Shown here: piece after piece, positions 63,359-64,000 of the stretch
How the letters are laid out: each line of letters begins with the position of its first letter
Numbering within the stretch: the first letter of the stretch is position 1
Assembly (NCBI GenBank): GCA_036677365.1
Contig: JAVBWN010000030.1
Location: 89,422-153,421 of the forward strand
Source of the DNA: Acholeplasma sp.
GTDB taxonomy: Bacteria > Bacillota_I > Bacilli_A > Acholeplasmatales > UBA5453
Reading direction: 5' to 3'
Length of the DNA stretch: 64,000 nt
The notes under the pieces: model-generated
Told to the model about the DNA's origin: nothing
Databases searched by the model: none
Seen by the model: only the letters and a program-made list of their open reading frames with translations
Position numbers and translations under genes: made by a program

Positions 63359-64000
63359 TTACGTCACATTTCATTTCATCGATGATCAGATTAGACCGTT
63401 TGTTTTGATTGCACCAGGGGGTGGGTATCAACGGACGTCACCTAGGGAGGCTGAACCCATTGCGAAAGCATTCAATCAAGCGGGTTATCATGCCGGCATC
63501 ATCTATTATCGAGAAACCCTCTTAGTATACCCGGATACCGTTGATGAACTCGCCTCATTCATCCAAGTGATGACTCAAGACGACCAGTACCCCATCGATA
63601 AAGATGCATTCATCTTGTGCGGCTTTTCAAGTGGTGGCCATTATATGGCGAGTATGGGCGTTTACCACCATCAATACCCAGGTCTAATCTCACCCAAAGC
63701 GATGATCTTAGCTTATCCAGTCATTACAGGTAAAGCAGGATATGCACATGAAGATTCCATTCGACGTTTGTATGGCGAAATAACAGAAGAAACCAGACAG
63801 AGATTCTCATTAGAAAACCATGTCACCAACCTCACACCGGAAACCTTTTTATTTCATACCATCGATGACCAAACTGTCAAAGTCGAAAACAGTTTGTATT
63901 TCATGGATGCTTTACGAAAACACGGTGTAGCTGTGGATTGTCACTTATATCATTCAGGTATTCATGGGTTATCGCTTGGGACCAAAGCGGTTGTTACAGA
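63330..64000 (+). CDS. Alpha/beta hydrolase (esterase), 3' truncated; missing from the ORF track
   Basis: MKPLQLNS...LIAPGGGY, nucleophile elbow CGFSSGGH, HTIDDQTV, HGL; GAGG RBS at 63317. Confidence 0.88.
   Translation, partial: MKPLQLNSNNYVTFHFIDDQIRPFVLIAPGGGYQRTSPREAEPIAKAFNQAGYHAGIIYYRETLLVYPDTVDELASFIQVMTQDDQYPIDKDAFILCGFSSGGHYMASMGVYHHQYPGLISPKAMILAYPVITGKAGYAHEDSIRRLYGEITEETRQRFSLENHVTNLTPETFLFHTIDDQTVKVENSLYFMDALRKHGVAVDCHLYHSGIHGLSLGTKAVVT

Noticed and set aside
1..64000. CRISPR arrays, IS elements, prophage, tRNA/rRNA, defence systems
   Set aside because: Intergenic gaps are short and mostly explained by promoters and terminators; no repeat-spacer pattern, transposase, integrase or RNA gene signature was seen.

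Overview
A 64 kb stretch of core chromosome from a low-GC, wall-less Acholeplasmataceae-like bacterium (TGA is used as a stop, so standard code; the taxon is inferred from gene content and order). Contents in order: 'rpoB-rpoC, rpsL-rpsG-fusA-tuf, tatD-htrA-like-hyp-cinA, rpsF-ssb-rpsR, a gdpP::rplI fusion, dnaB, dps, prfA-prmC-tsaC-like, two acyltransferases, typA, rpiB-upp, cca-pullulanase-yhaM-like, a large lipoprotein, walJ-rlmH, mscL, a shikimate/tyrosine operon, recG-plsX-rnc-dnaD-nth, an XRE regulator, a heterodimeric ABC exporter, an Ig-repeat surface protein, dnaE and a partial alpha/beta hydrolase. I saw no mobile elements, CRISPR arrays, rRNA or tRNA genes. The top finding is an unannotated 15-codon leader peptide, MQKTQIRFSYYYYYI (42522-42569), followed by alternative hairpins and an intrinsic terminator directly upstream of the DAHP synthase-tyrA-aro operon. 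This is a candidate tyrosine-sensing ribosome-mediated attenuator in a lineage expected to use T-boxes. Other notable items: two alpha-CTD-like repeats on the RpoC N-terminus, a GdpP-L9 fusion with an internal RBS, a tandem (single-chain dimer) PrsA-like foldase, a TsaC lacking its catalytic motifs, and a regulator that probably starts at ATT. All calls are by eye; no searches or folding were run.
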